Part shown: piece after piece, positions 56,150-64,000 of the stretch
Position numbering within the stretch: position 1 is the stretch's first letter
How the letters are laid out: each line of letters begins with the position of its first letter
Notes under the pieces: generated by a model
Told to the model about the DNA's origin: nothing
The model's input: only the letters and a program-made list of their open reading frames with translations
The model's database searches: none
Made by a program: the position numbers and the translations under genes
Source: an uncultured Gammaproteobacteria bacterium
GTDB lineage: Bacteria > Pseudomonadota > Gammaproteobacteria > Natronospirales > REEB76
Direction of reading: 5' to 3'
Assembly (NCBI GenBank): GCA_964584665.1
Contig: CAZPAO010000001.1
Location: forward strand, 83,681 to 147,680
DNA length: 64,000 nt

Positions 56150-56977
56150 TTAACCCAGGCCCCGTTCCGGCGGCAGCTTGAAGAACCGCTCCGCATTGCG
56201 GGTGGTCTCTTCTATCAATTGCCCGGCGGGTTTGCCTAGGCAAGCCGCGACCACTTCCGCGATATGCGGCAGGTGCATGGGCTCGTTGCGGTTGGAGGTG
56301 GGTCGGGGCTTGAGGTCCCGCGGGATGAGGTAGGGCGCGTCCGTCTCCAGCATCAGCTTGTCCGCGGGGATGAGGCCCACGCATTCACGCAGATGCAGGC
56401 CGCGGCGCTCATCGCAGATCCAGCCGGTGATGCCGATGTGGCAGTCCAGCGCCAGGTAGTCCTTCAGTTGCACCGCATCACCCGTGAAGCAATGGACCAC
56501 TGCCTTGGAGATACGTGGGCGCCAGTCGCCGAGTATGCGCATGAAGTCCTCGTGTGCGTCCCGCTGGTGCAGGAACACGGGCTTGCCGCACTCCGCGGCC
56601 AGCCCGAGCTGCATCCCGAACACATCCCGCTGCGTCTCCGGCGGCGAGAAGTTGCGGAAGTAATCCAGGCCGCATTCGCCCGCTGCCACCACCTGGGAAT
56701 TTTCCAGCAGGTTGCGCAGTTCGGCAGGTGTGTCGGGAGTGACGTCTTTCGCATGATGCGGATGCACGCCGGCGGTGGCATAGAGGCCGGGATAGGCGCG
56801 GCAGAGTTCCAGCGCCTTGCGGCTGTGCGCCGCGTCGCTGCCGGTGACCACGAAGCGGCCCACACCGGCGCGATGCGCCCGTTCGATGACCTCGGTCCGG
56901 TCCGCATCGAAGCTGTCATGGGTGAGGTTGGCGCCGATGTCCACCAGCCGGGCCGGGGAGGGCATGACATCTGTCAT
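56150..56977 (-). CDS. tatD: TatD-family metal-dependent hydrolase/DNase
   Basis: LVDIGANLTHDSF...AGVHPHH...GECGLDY...FLHQRDAH...HCFTG...LETDAPYL. The start is placed at ATG 56977. Confidence 0.85.
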   Translation of the reverse strand: MTDVMPSPARLVDIGANLTHDSFDADRTEVIERAHRAGVGRFVVTGSDAAHSRKALELCRAYPGLYATAGVHPHHAKDVTPDTPAELRNLLENSQVVAAGECGLDYFRNFSPPETQRDVFGMQLGLAAECGKPVFLHQRDAHEDFMRILGDWRPRISKAVVHCFTGDAVQLKDYLALDCHIGITGWICDERRGLHLRECVGLIPADKLMLETDAPYLIPRDLKPRPTSNRNEPMHLPHIAEVVAACLGKPAGQLIEETTRNAERFFKLPPERGLG

Positions 56978-57110
56978 TCCGAATTCCTGATGATTAGGAC
57001 TGCCGGGACCTGTGAGGAGCGCCCACAATGGGCGCCATCCGAAGGGATCGCGGCGGCGCAAGTGTAGACTAAATGTCCGCCCGGCAAATATCACGCATTT
57101 GGGGAGCCCC

Positions 57111-58355
57111 ATGCCACTGGATCGAGACGCCCTGGAAGCCCTGCGCATGGATCGCGGTGCAGACGACGTGGCCATGAAGCGCCGCAGCCGTCCGCTGATC
57201 GCCGGCGCCGTGCTGCTGTCGGTGGCGGTCGCGGGCCTGGTGGCCTGGCTGCTGCTCAAGCCCACCTATATATCAGTGCAGACCGTCGGCGCCCGGGTAG
57301 TGCAGGACAACCCTGCCGCCGGTGCAGGTGCGAGGGTTCTGAACGCCTCCGGCTACGTAGTGCCGCGCCTGCAGGCGGTGGTCTCCTCCAAGGTCACCGG
57401 CAAGGTAAGCGAAGTCCTGATCGAGGAAGGCCTGCATGTGAAGGCCGGCCAGGTGTTGGCGCGCCTCGACGATGCCACGGCACGGGATCAGGTGAACGTG
57501 GCCAGGAGCCAGTTCGCCGCAGCCCAGGCGCTGGCGGCCCAGACCGTGGTGGAGCACGACAACGCGGGGCGCGACCTGGAGCGGACGAAGACGCTCTATG
57601 CGCGCCATCTCGTCAGCCAGTCGGACATGGATGCGTCCACCACCAAGGATGCGAGCCTGGGAGCCTCTCTTGAGAGCGCGCGCCAGCAGGCCGCGGTGGC
57701 GGAGAACAACCTGCAGCTGGACCAGCAGTACCTGGACGACACGGTGATCCGCGCGCCCTTCGCCGGCGTGGTGGTCTCCAAAGATGCCCAGCCGGGCGAG
57801 ATGATCTCCCCCAACTCCGCTGGCGGCGGCAACACCCGCACCGGCATCGCCACCATCGTGGACATGAGTTCGTTGGAGGTGGAGGTGGACGTGAACGAGG
57901 CCTACATCGGCCGCGTGCATGCGGGGCAGAAGGTGGATGCGGTGCTGGATGCCTACCCGGATTGGCACATCCCGTCCCACGTGGTTAGCATCATCCCCAC
58001 GGCGGACCGGGACAAGGCCACTGTGAAGGTGAGGGTCGGCTTCGACAAGCTCGACCTGCGCATCCTGCCGCAGATGGCCATCCAGGTCTGGTTCCTGGGC
58101 GACGACACCACCGGCGCTGCGGCGCCTACGGCTCGGGTGCAGGTGCCCCAGGCAGCCGTGCACAAGGACGGCGCCAGCCCCTACGTGTTCATCTACGACG
58201 ATGGTCGCGTGGAGCGGCGTGCCGTGAAGCTCGGTGCCGTCACCGGTTCCGACGTGGAGATACTGGCCGGCGTGAGCGGCGACGAGAAGGTGATCCTCAC
58301 CTCCGACAAACCCCTGAGTGATGGTGTCCGCGTGCGCGAGACATCCAACCCCTGA
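57111..58355 (+). CDS. Efflux periplasmic adaptor (HlyD/MFP family, MacA-like)
   Basis: N-terminal TM anchor, a coiled-coil hairpin region and beta-barrel motifs (VIRAPFAGVVVSKDAQPGEMI). GGGGAG RBS before ATG 57111. Confidence 0.8.
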   Translation: MPLDRDALEALRMDRGADDVAMKRRSRPLIAGAVLLSVAVAGLVAWLLLKPTYISVQTVGARVVQDNPAAGAGARVLNASGYVVPRLQAVVSSKVTGKVSEVLIEEGLHVKAGQVLARLDDATARDQVNVARSQFAAAQALAAQTVVEHDNAGRDLERTKTLYARHLVSQSDMDASTTKDASLGASLESARQQAAVAENNLQLDQQYLDDTVIRAPFAGVVVSKDAQPGEMISPNSAGGGNTRTGIATIVDMSSLEVEVDVNEAYIGRVHAGQKVDAVLDAYPDWHIPSHVVSIIPTADRDKATVKVRVGFDKLDLRILPQMAIQVWFLGDDTTGAAAPTARVQVPQAAVHKDGASPYVFIYDDGRVERRAVKLGAVTGSDVEILAGVSGDEKVILTSDKPLSDGVRVRETSNP

Positions 58356-58368
58356 TGAGGAGCGAGAC

Positions 58369-59091
58369 ATGAGCAGGCCCAACCCCGTGCAGAAGCCCCA
58401 GGCCGGCACCCCTCTGGTGGAGCTGCATGGCATCCGCAAGGAATACCATCGCGGCAGCGAGACCGTGCACGTGCTGCAGGAACTGAACCTCAGCATCCCG
58501 CGCGGAGACTTCCTGGCGCTGATGGGTCCCTCCGGCTCCGGAAAGACCACGCTGCTGAACCTCCTGGGTGGGATCGACCGGCCCACCGCCGGCAGCCTGG
58601 CGGTGGATGGCACCGACATCGCCAAGTACAGCGAATCGGATCTCGCCCGCTGGCGCGCCCGCAACGTGGGCTTCGTGTTCCAGCTCTACCATCTGCTGCC
58701 CGTACTTTCGGCCGAGCGCAACGTGGAGCTGCCGCTCCTGCTCACGGGCCTCTCGGCTTCGGAGCGTAAGCGCCGCGTGCAGGCGGCCATGCAGCTCTCC
58801 AACATTGCCGATCGTGCCAAGCACAAGCCCTCCGAACTCTCGGGTGGTCAGGAGCAGCGCGTGGGCATCGCCCGGGCCATCGTCGGCGATCCGCTACTGC
58901 TGCTCTGCGACGAGCCCACCGGAGACTTGGACCGCAAGTCCGGCGATGAGATCCTGGATCTCCTGCAGGCGCTCAACCGGGAGCAGGGCAAGACCATCGT
59001 GATGGTCACCCATGACCCGCACGCCGCCGCGCGCGCGCGCCGGATCCTCTACATGAACAAGGGCCGGCTCGCGGCGGAGCCCGAGAAGTGA
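58369..59091 (+). CDS. ABC transporter ATP-binding protein (MacB/LolD-type)
   Basis: Walker [10 protein letters not shown], signature LSGGQEQR and Walker [13 protein letters not shown]. Confidence 0.9.
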   Translation: MSRPNPVQKPQAGTPLVELHGIRKEYHRGSETVHVLQELNLSIPRGDFLALMGPSGSGKTTLLNLLGGIDRPTAGSLAVDGTDIAKYSESDLARWRARNVGFVFQLYHLLPVLSAERNVELPLLLTGLSASERKRRVQAAMQLSNIADRAKHKPSELSGGQEQRVGIARAIVGDPLLLLCDEPTGDLDRKSGDEILDLLQALNREQGKTIVMVTHDPHAAARARRILYMNKGRLAAEPEK

Positions 59092-60230
59092 AATACCTAC
59101 CCCTCATCTGGGCCAACCTGCTGCGCCGCAAGGTGCGGACGCTGTTCACCCTGCTCTCGGTGTTCATCGCCTTCATGCTGTTCGCGGTGTTGGGCGCCGT
59201 GGACCAGGCCTTCACCGGCGGCGTGCAGCTGGCGGATGCCAACCGGCTGGTGGTGACGAACAAGGTGGGCCTCATCAATTCGATGCCCATCAACTATGCC
59301 GACCGTATCGCCACGGTGCCCGGCGTCTCCACCATCACCTGGCAGGAGTGGGTGGGAGCTTATTTCCAGGATCCGCGCCAGCCCATCACCGCCTTCGGCG
59401 TGGATGAGAACTCGTTCCTGGACGTCCACGACGACATGCACCTGCTCCCCGAGCAGGCAGAGGCCTGGCGCAAGGACCGGCAGGGCGTGATCATTGGCGA
59501 GGGCGTGGCCAAGCGCTACGGCTGGAAGGCCGGCGACCACATCCCGCTGCGCTCCAACATCTGGCGCGATAAGCAGGGCAAGAGCACCTGGGACGTGACC
59601 GTGAGCGGCATCTACCACGGTGGCCCGGGCGACGAGCTGCTGATGCACTACAAGTACCTGGACGACTCGCGGGCTTTCCGCAACAACCAGGTTGGCATGT
59701 TCATGTTCAAGATCAGCGACCCGGCGCGGGCCGGCGCCGTCAGCGAGCAGATAGACCAGATGTTCGCCAACTCGGACGCCGAGACCAAGACCTCCACCGA
59801 GAAGGCCTTCGTGCAGGGCTTCGCGGCCATGCTCGGCAACATCGGCAAGATCGTCACCGGCATCGTCACCGCGGTACTGTTCAGCATGTTGCTGGTGATC
59901 GCCAACACCATGGCGCAGTCCATCCGCGAGCGCACGAGCGAACTCGCTGTGCTGAAGGCCCTGGGATTCAGCCGCGGCGGCGTGGCTTCGATGGTGCTGG
60001 CGGAATCACTGCTGGTGACCGTGCTCGGCGGCGCGTTGGGCCTGTCCCTGGGCGCCGGCTTCGCCCACGGCATCGGTTCGAAGCTCCCCTTCGTGCAGGA
60101 TTTCCGCACCACGCCGAGCGACATCGCCATCGGCATCGTGCTGATGCTGATGCTGGGCCTGCTTGCCGGTCTCCTGCCCGCCATCCAGGCCATGCGCCTG
60201 CAGGTGGCTGCCGCCCTGAGGAGGGCCTGA
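59088..60230 (+). CDS. ABC transporter permease, FtsX/MacB-type, copy 1
   Basis: TM1, a large periplasmic domain and the FtsX-like C-terminal 3-TM bundle (ERTSELAVLKALGFSR). GTGA overlap with the ATPase stop. Confidence 0.8.
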   Translation: MKYLPLIWANLLRRKVRTLFTLLSVFIAFMLFAVLGAVDQAFTGGVQLADANRLVVTNKVGLINSMPINYADRIATVPGVSTITWQEWVGAYFQDPRQPITAFGVDENSFLDVHDDMHLLPEQAEAWRKDRQGVIIGEGVAKRYGWKAGDHIPLRSNIWRDKQGKSTWDVTVSGIYHGGPGDELLMHYKYLDDSRAFRNNQVGMFMFKISDPARAGAVSEQIDQMFANSDAETKTSTEKAFVQGFAAMLGNIGKIVTGIVTAVLFSMLLVIANTMAQSIRERTSELAVLKALGFSRGGVASMVLAESLLVTVLGGALGLSLGAGFAHGIGSKLPFVQDFRTTPSDIAIGIVLMLMLGLLAGLLPAIQAMRLQVAAALRRA

Positions 60231-60231
60231 C

Positions 60232-61416
60232 ATGATCCGTTGGATATACCAGTTATATACGGTATGCCTGCTCAACCTGGGCAACCTCAAGAGCCGCCTG
60301 GACTCGTCCCTGGTGGCGGTGATCGGGTTCACCGGCGTCATCATGGTGTTCGTGGCGGTGTTCGCCATACGTGATGGTTTCGATGCGACCCTGCGCGAGT
60401 CCGGTTCGCCGGACGTGGCGGTGGTGCTGCGTGGCGGGGCCGGGGCGGAAGTGAACAGCGTGCTCGGCGTCAACGACGCCAAGCTGGTGGCGGAAGCCCC
60501 GGGCATCAAGACCAACGCCGGTGGCGCGCTGGCATCCAGCGAGCTGCTGGTCCAGCTCAGCATGCCAAAACTCGACAGCGGCACCGACGCCAATGTTCCG
60601 TTCCGCGGCGTGGATGGAGTCGCCTTCCTGGTGCATGACCGGGTGCGCATGGTGGAAGGGCGCGGCTTCCAGCCGGGCCTGAACGAAGTGGTGGTGGGCC
60701 TGCGCGCGTCCCACGAGTACCGGGGCCTGAAGCTCGGCGACACCATCCATTCCGGCCCTTACCAATGGAAGGTGGTGGGCCTGTTCGACGACGGCGGCGT
60801 GTACTCCTCCGAAGTGTGGGGGGACCTCACCGTCATGCAGGCGGCCTACAAGCGCGGCAGCTCCGTGGAGTCGGTGTACGTGAAGCTGGATTCGCCCGGG
60901 GCCTTCCAGCAGTTCAAGGACTACCTCACCACCAACCCGCAGCTCACCGTGAGCGTGGACCGGGAGACGGACTTCTATGCCGAGCAGTCCAAGGCCATGA
61001 ACAGTTTCATCACCTATGCCGGCGCCTTCATCGCCTTCCTCATGGGCATCGGCGCCATCTTCGGCGCGGTCAATACCATGTACAACTCGGTGTCGAGCCG
61101 CGCCGGCGAGATCGCGACTCTGCGGGCGCTCGGATTCGGCCGTTCGCCGGTGCTGCTCTCGGTGCTGGTGGAGGGGATGCTGCTGGGTCTGGTAGGCGGC
61201 GTGGTCGGCGGCATCTTGGCTTATCTGATGTTCAACGGCATCGAGACCAGCACCATGGGCTCAAACTTCGCTCAGGTGGCGTTCTCGTTCCGGGTGACGC
61301 CGGGACTGCTGGTGCGCGGCGCCATCTACGCCTTGCTGATGGGCCTGCTCGGGGGGCTATTGCCGGCGCTCCGGGCGGTGCGGATGCCCATCGCTTCGAG
61401 CTTGAGACAGTTGTAG
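60232..61416 (+). CDS. ABC transporter permease, FtsX/MacB-type, copy 2
   Basis: Same topology. FtsX motif SRAGEIATLRALGFGR. Confidence 0.8.
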   Translation: MIRWIYQLYTVCLLNLGNLKSRLDSSLVAVIGFTGVIMVFVAVFAIRDGFDATLRESGSPDVAVVLRGGAGAEVNSVLGVNDAKLVAEAPGIKTNAGGALASSELLVQLSMPKLDSGTDANVPFRGVDGVAFLVHDRVRMVEGRGFQPGLNEVVVGLRASHEYRGLKLGDTIHSGPYQWKVVGLFDDGGVYSSEVWGDLTVMQAAYKRGSSVESVYVKLDSPGAFQQFKDYLTTNPQLTVSVDRETDFYAEQSKAMNSFITYAGAFIAFLMGIGAIFGAVNTMYNSVSSRAGEIATLRALGFGRSPVLLSVLVEGMLLGLVGGVVGGILAYLMFNGIETSTMGSNFAQVAFSFRVTPGLLVRGAIYALLMGLLGGLLPALRAVRMPIASSLRQL

Positions 61417-61419
61417 AAA

Positions 61420-62184
61420 TCATTCCGGCAGCGGACGCTGCCGGTAGAAGAGACTGAGCTGGGTATAAAGCTCCGGCGAGAAGTTGCGCAGACGCCGCGG
61501 CGCCTCGAAGAAGGTCTCGCTGGCCACGGCGAAGAACTCTCCCGGGCTCTCCAATCCATAGGGGTCGAGGGGCGGCGGATAGCCGGCCTCGACCCGCTGT
61601 TCCAACTGCCGGTAAGCACCGCCCATCACCTGGACCCAGGCGCGGCGGTTCATGCGCGCGTGCAGGGGCGGGAATCCGTTGGCGTCTCCGTTCAGCATGT
61701 CGAGCTTGTGGGCCATCTCGTGTATCACCACGTTGTGGCCTTGCCCGTCGCCAGCGCGGGCTACCGCTTCCCACGCGAGGATCACCGGCCCCTGGGACCA
61801 GGCTTCTCCCGAGAGGGGCGTGTGGTGGCTATGCACCACACCGGCTGCATCCACATGCTCCCGCTCCGGCACGAAAGTGTCGGGGTAGATGACCATGGAA
61901 TGCCATTCCCGGTACCAATTCAGCCCGAGCTTCAGGATCGGCAGGCAGGCGAGGGTGGCCAGCAGGGCACGCATGCCTCCATCGAGTTCCAGGCCCTGCA
62001 CCGGCTCGATGCTCTTGTCATGCAGCAGCAAGGTCGCGAGCACCCGCAAGCGCGCCTGGTCGGAGGCATCCAGGCGCCGCATGGCCGGGGATCGGGACAG
62101 GGCCGAGCGCCAGTCGGCTTCGGCGATGGGCTGGCGCTTGAGGATGCGGCGTTCGCGCCAGCGGTCGAGGAAGGAGAACATCAC
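61420..62184 (-). CDS. mtfA: MtfA-like zinc metallopeptidase (M90 family)
   Basis: VVIHEMAHKLD HEXXH motif, plus a C-terminal ESPGEFFAVASETFFEAP...LYTQLSLFYRQ closely resembling my recollection of E. coli MtfA. Confidence 0.72.
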   Translation of the reverse strand: MMFSFLDRWRERRILKRQPIAEADWRSALSRSPAMRRLDASDQARLRVLATLLLHDKSIEPVQGLELDGGMRALLATLACLPILKLGLNWYREWHSMVIYPDTFVPEREHVDAAGVVHSHHTPLSGEAWSQGPVILAWEAVARAGDGQGHNVVIHEMAHKLDMLNGDANGFPPLHARMNRRAWVQVMGGAYRQLEQRVEAGYPPPLDPYGLESPGEFFAVASETFFEAPRRLRNFSPELYTQLSLFYRQRPLPE

Positions 62185-62225
62185 GGGGATATGGGGTCGA
62201 CGTGCCTCAAGGGAAGGGGCGTCGC

Positions 62226-63248
62226 CTACTCATTCTTCCACTTGAAGCCGAAGGAGCCGAGTCCCAGGAACAAGGCGCTCATGCAGGCCATGGACAGGAG
62301 CTGCGGCCACACATCAGTGATCCCAGCGCCGTCCAGCATGATCTTGCGCGCGCCGATGAGCATCTGGGTGAGGGGGAAGATGCTGGAGAAATCCTGTATC
62401 CACCAGGGCGCGCCTTCCAGCGAGAACCAGACTCCGGACAGGAACATCATGGGCCAGGAGGCGAGGTTGAGCAGCCCGCCGGCGAACTCCTCGCTGGCGA
62501 CACGGGCAGCCACCAGGAGGCCGAGCGAGATCATGCACACCGCCCCCAGCACCGCATCCAGCAGCAACAGCGCGTAGCTGCCTGCCATGTAGAAGCCGAT
62601 CAGGAGGTGCGTGCCGATGAACACGATGAGCGTGATGCTCATGATGAGCAGGAGACGCGAGGTCACCTGGGCCGCGATGAACTCGAAAGCCTTGAGCGGC
62701 GTTGCGTTGAGACGCTTCAGGAAGCCGTTCTTGCGGTAGCGCACGATCACGTAGCCCACGCCGAACAGGCAGGAGAACATCATGTTCATGCCCAGCACGC
62801 CCGGTATCAGCCAGTCCACGTAGTTGATGGCACGGCCGCTCACGGTCGCGCGGCTGTAGCGCACGTCGGTCTCGCCCGCCAGTATCTTCTCCAGCATGTA
62901 GCCCTTGGGCGAGGTCTCGTTGATCCAATAGCGCGGCGCCTTCTGGTCACGCAGGTCCAGCAGCATGTCTATCTGGTTGTGGGCGACCTTGGACTGGGTC
63001 TGCTCCGCATCCGTGACCTCGTAGAAATCCACGTAGCGGGTCTTGAGGAAAGCCTGGTCTATCTGCGCGATGGGGACGCCTCCGTCCAGCACCGCCACCT
63101 TGAAGAGCGGCTTCTCGCCGCCTGAGAAGATGAACCACATGCCGATGACGATGAGCACCGGCAGCACGATGTTCCAGCCGAGGGCAGCCCGGTCCCGCAG
63201 GAACTCGAGGTTGCGGGCTTTCAGCACCGCCAGGAAGCGCCGCGTCAT
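62226..63248 (-). CDS. ABC-2-type exporter permease
   Basis: N-terminal cytoplasmic segment, a long extracytoplasmic loop and 5-6 C-terminal TM helices. 4-nt overlap with the upstream ATPase gene. Confidence 0.75.
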   Translation of the reverse strand: MTRRFLAVLKARNLEFLRDRAALGWNIVLPVLIVIGMWFIFSGGEKPLFKVAVLDGGVPIAQIDQAFLKTRYVDFYEVTDAEQTQSKVAHNQIDMLLDLRDQKAPRYWINETSPKGYMLEKILAGETDVRYSRATVSGRAINYVDWLIPGVLGMNMMFSCLFGVGYVIVRYRKNGFLKRLNATPLKAFEFIAAQVTSRLLLIMSITLIVFIGTHLLIGFYMAGSYALLLLDAVLGAVCMISLGLLVAARVASEEFAGGLLNLASWPMMFLSGVWFSLEGAPWWIQDFSSIFPLTQMLIGARKIMLDGAGITDVWPQLLSMACMSALFLGLGSFGFKWKNE

Positions 63249-64000
63249 GCCCGTAGCTCCTTGCCGGTGAGTTCCAGGAACAGGTCCTCGAGGGTGCGGG
63301 CGCGGATCTGCAATCTACCCAGGGACACCTTCTTCTCGATGAGTTTCTGCAGGGCGCCGTCCACGTCGGCGGTGGGGATCTCCACGTTCTCGCCCACGTC
63401 ATGCACCTCCAACCCGAGTTCGGCGGCGCTGCTGCGGAAGTCCTCTTTCGGCAGTTGCAGGATCACGTCATGGAAGTGCTTCGCGAGCAGGGTGTTGGGT
63501 GGCCCCTCGGCGATGATGTGGCCGTGGTCCATGATGGCGATGCGGTCGCAGAGCAGGAAGGCCTCTTCCATGTAATGGGTGGTGAGGATCACGGTCTTGT
63601 TGCGGGCCTTGATGGCGCGGATCAGGTCCCAGAAGTTGCGGCGCGCCTGGGGATCGAGTCCGGTGGTGGGCTCGTCCAGGAACAGTACTTCCGGGTCGTT
63701 GACCAACGCGAGGGCCAACAGCAGCCGCTGACGCTGTCCGCCTGAGAGCTTGCGCGCATCCCGGTCGGCGTATTCCTGCAGGGTGCACATCTGCACGAGC
63801 TCATCCACGTCCAGGCCGCGGCTGTAGAAGCTACGGAAGAGTTTCAGGGTCTCCCGCACCGTGAGGAAGTCCTGCAGCGCCGTGGATTGGAACTGGATGC
63901 CCACCTCCTGGCGGAAATGCGCGTCCACGGGCTTGCCCTGGTACAGCACCTCTCCGGCGCTGGGCTGGGTGATGCCTTCCATCATCTCCACGGTGGTGGT
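63245..64000 (-). CDS. ABC transporter ATP-binding protein (ABC-2/DrrA-type), 5' end beyond the window
   Basis: Signature LSGGQRQR, Walker B VLFLDEPTTGLD and H-loop TTHYMEE. The reading frame stays open to position 64000 (..TTVEMMEG..), so Walker A lies outside the window. Confidence 0.85.
   Translation of the reverse strand, partial: TTTVEMMEGITQPSAGEVLYQGKPVDAHFRQEVGIQFQSTALQDFLTVRETLKLFRSFYSRGLDVDELVQMCTLQEYADRDARKLSGGQRQRLLLALALVNDPEVLFLDEPTTGLDPQARRNFWDLIRAIKARNKTVILTTHYMEEAFLLCDRIAIMDHGHIIAEGPPNTLLAKHFHDVILQLPKEDFRSSAAELGLEVHDVGENVEIPTADVDGALQKLIEKKVSLGRLQIRARTLEDLFLELTGKELRA

Overview
GC-rich (roughly 65% by eye) proteobacterial chromosomal segment. I found no rRNA, tRNA, CRISPR array, transposase or integrase. 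The window has four blocks.

(1) 1-33,326, all on the plus strand. This is one ~33 kb exopolysaccharide (EPS) locus of 28 genes, many translationally coupled through ATGA/GTGA overlaps. It runs from the tail of a tyrosine autokinase through an initiating sugar transferase, a YvcK/GlmR-like protein, two sugar-nucleotide 6-dehydrogenases (UDP-HexNAc type and AlgD-like GDP-mannose type), a Wzy/O-antigen-ligase-like protein and a Wzx flippase. It also carries four GT4 and one GT2 glycosyltransferases, a module of a degenerate adenylating enzyme, a GNAT, a carrier protein and a CelD-like acyltransferase, two AsnB-type amidotransferases and two CE4 deacetylases. The remaining genes are a sulfotransferase, a methyltransferase, a formyltransferase-like protein, a heparinase II/III-like protein, a HAF-repeat secreted protein, a beta-helix lipoprotein, glmS, a PMI-type cupin and an SDR epimerase. 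The locus ends at a strong bidirectional terminator.

(2) 33,329-43,291, minus strand. A 1,025-aa secreted multidomain protein (Ig-like, FN3 and LamG domains plus two unassigned domains) is followed by a stressosome operon, rsbR-rsbS-rsbT-rsbX. Its output is a soluble histidine kinase with an RsbU_N-like N-terminus and three LuxR/NarL-type response regulators, two of them a recent tandem duplicate. An orphan OmpR-type regulator follows. The AT-richer intergenic regions here share GGGTA..TACCC-type palindromes, one perfect NarL-type TACCCCT heptamer and TATGTC motifs.

(3) 43.8-57 kb, housekeeping genes: a GT9 heptosyltransferase-like protein, pirin, ppa, a complete Rrf2-sufBCDS-sufU-sufT-Rieske operon with an IscR-type operator, and DUF962, NERD, M20 peptidase and TatD proteins.

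(4) 57-64 kb, transporters: a HlyD adaptor with an ABC ATPase and two FtsX-type permeases, an MtfA-like peptidase, and an ABC-2 exporter that is truncated at the window end.

The most interesting leads are the stressosome wired to a two-component output next to the giant secreted protein and the EPS locus, the shared operator-like palindromes linking them, the predicted sulfated/amidated uronic-acid polymer, and the catalytically degenerate adenylation-enzyme homolog beside a carrier protein. All functional calls come from by-eye motif recognition. No database search was possible.
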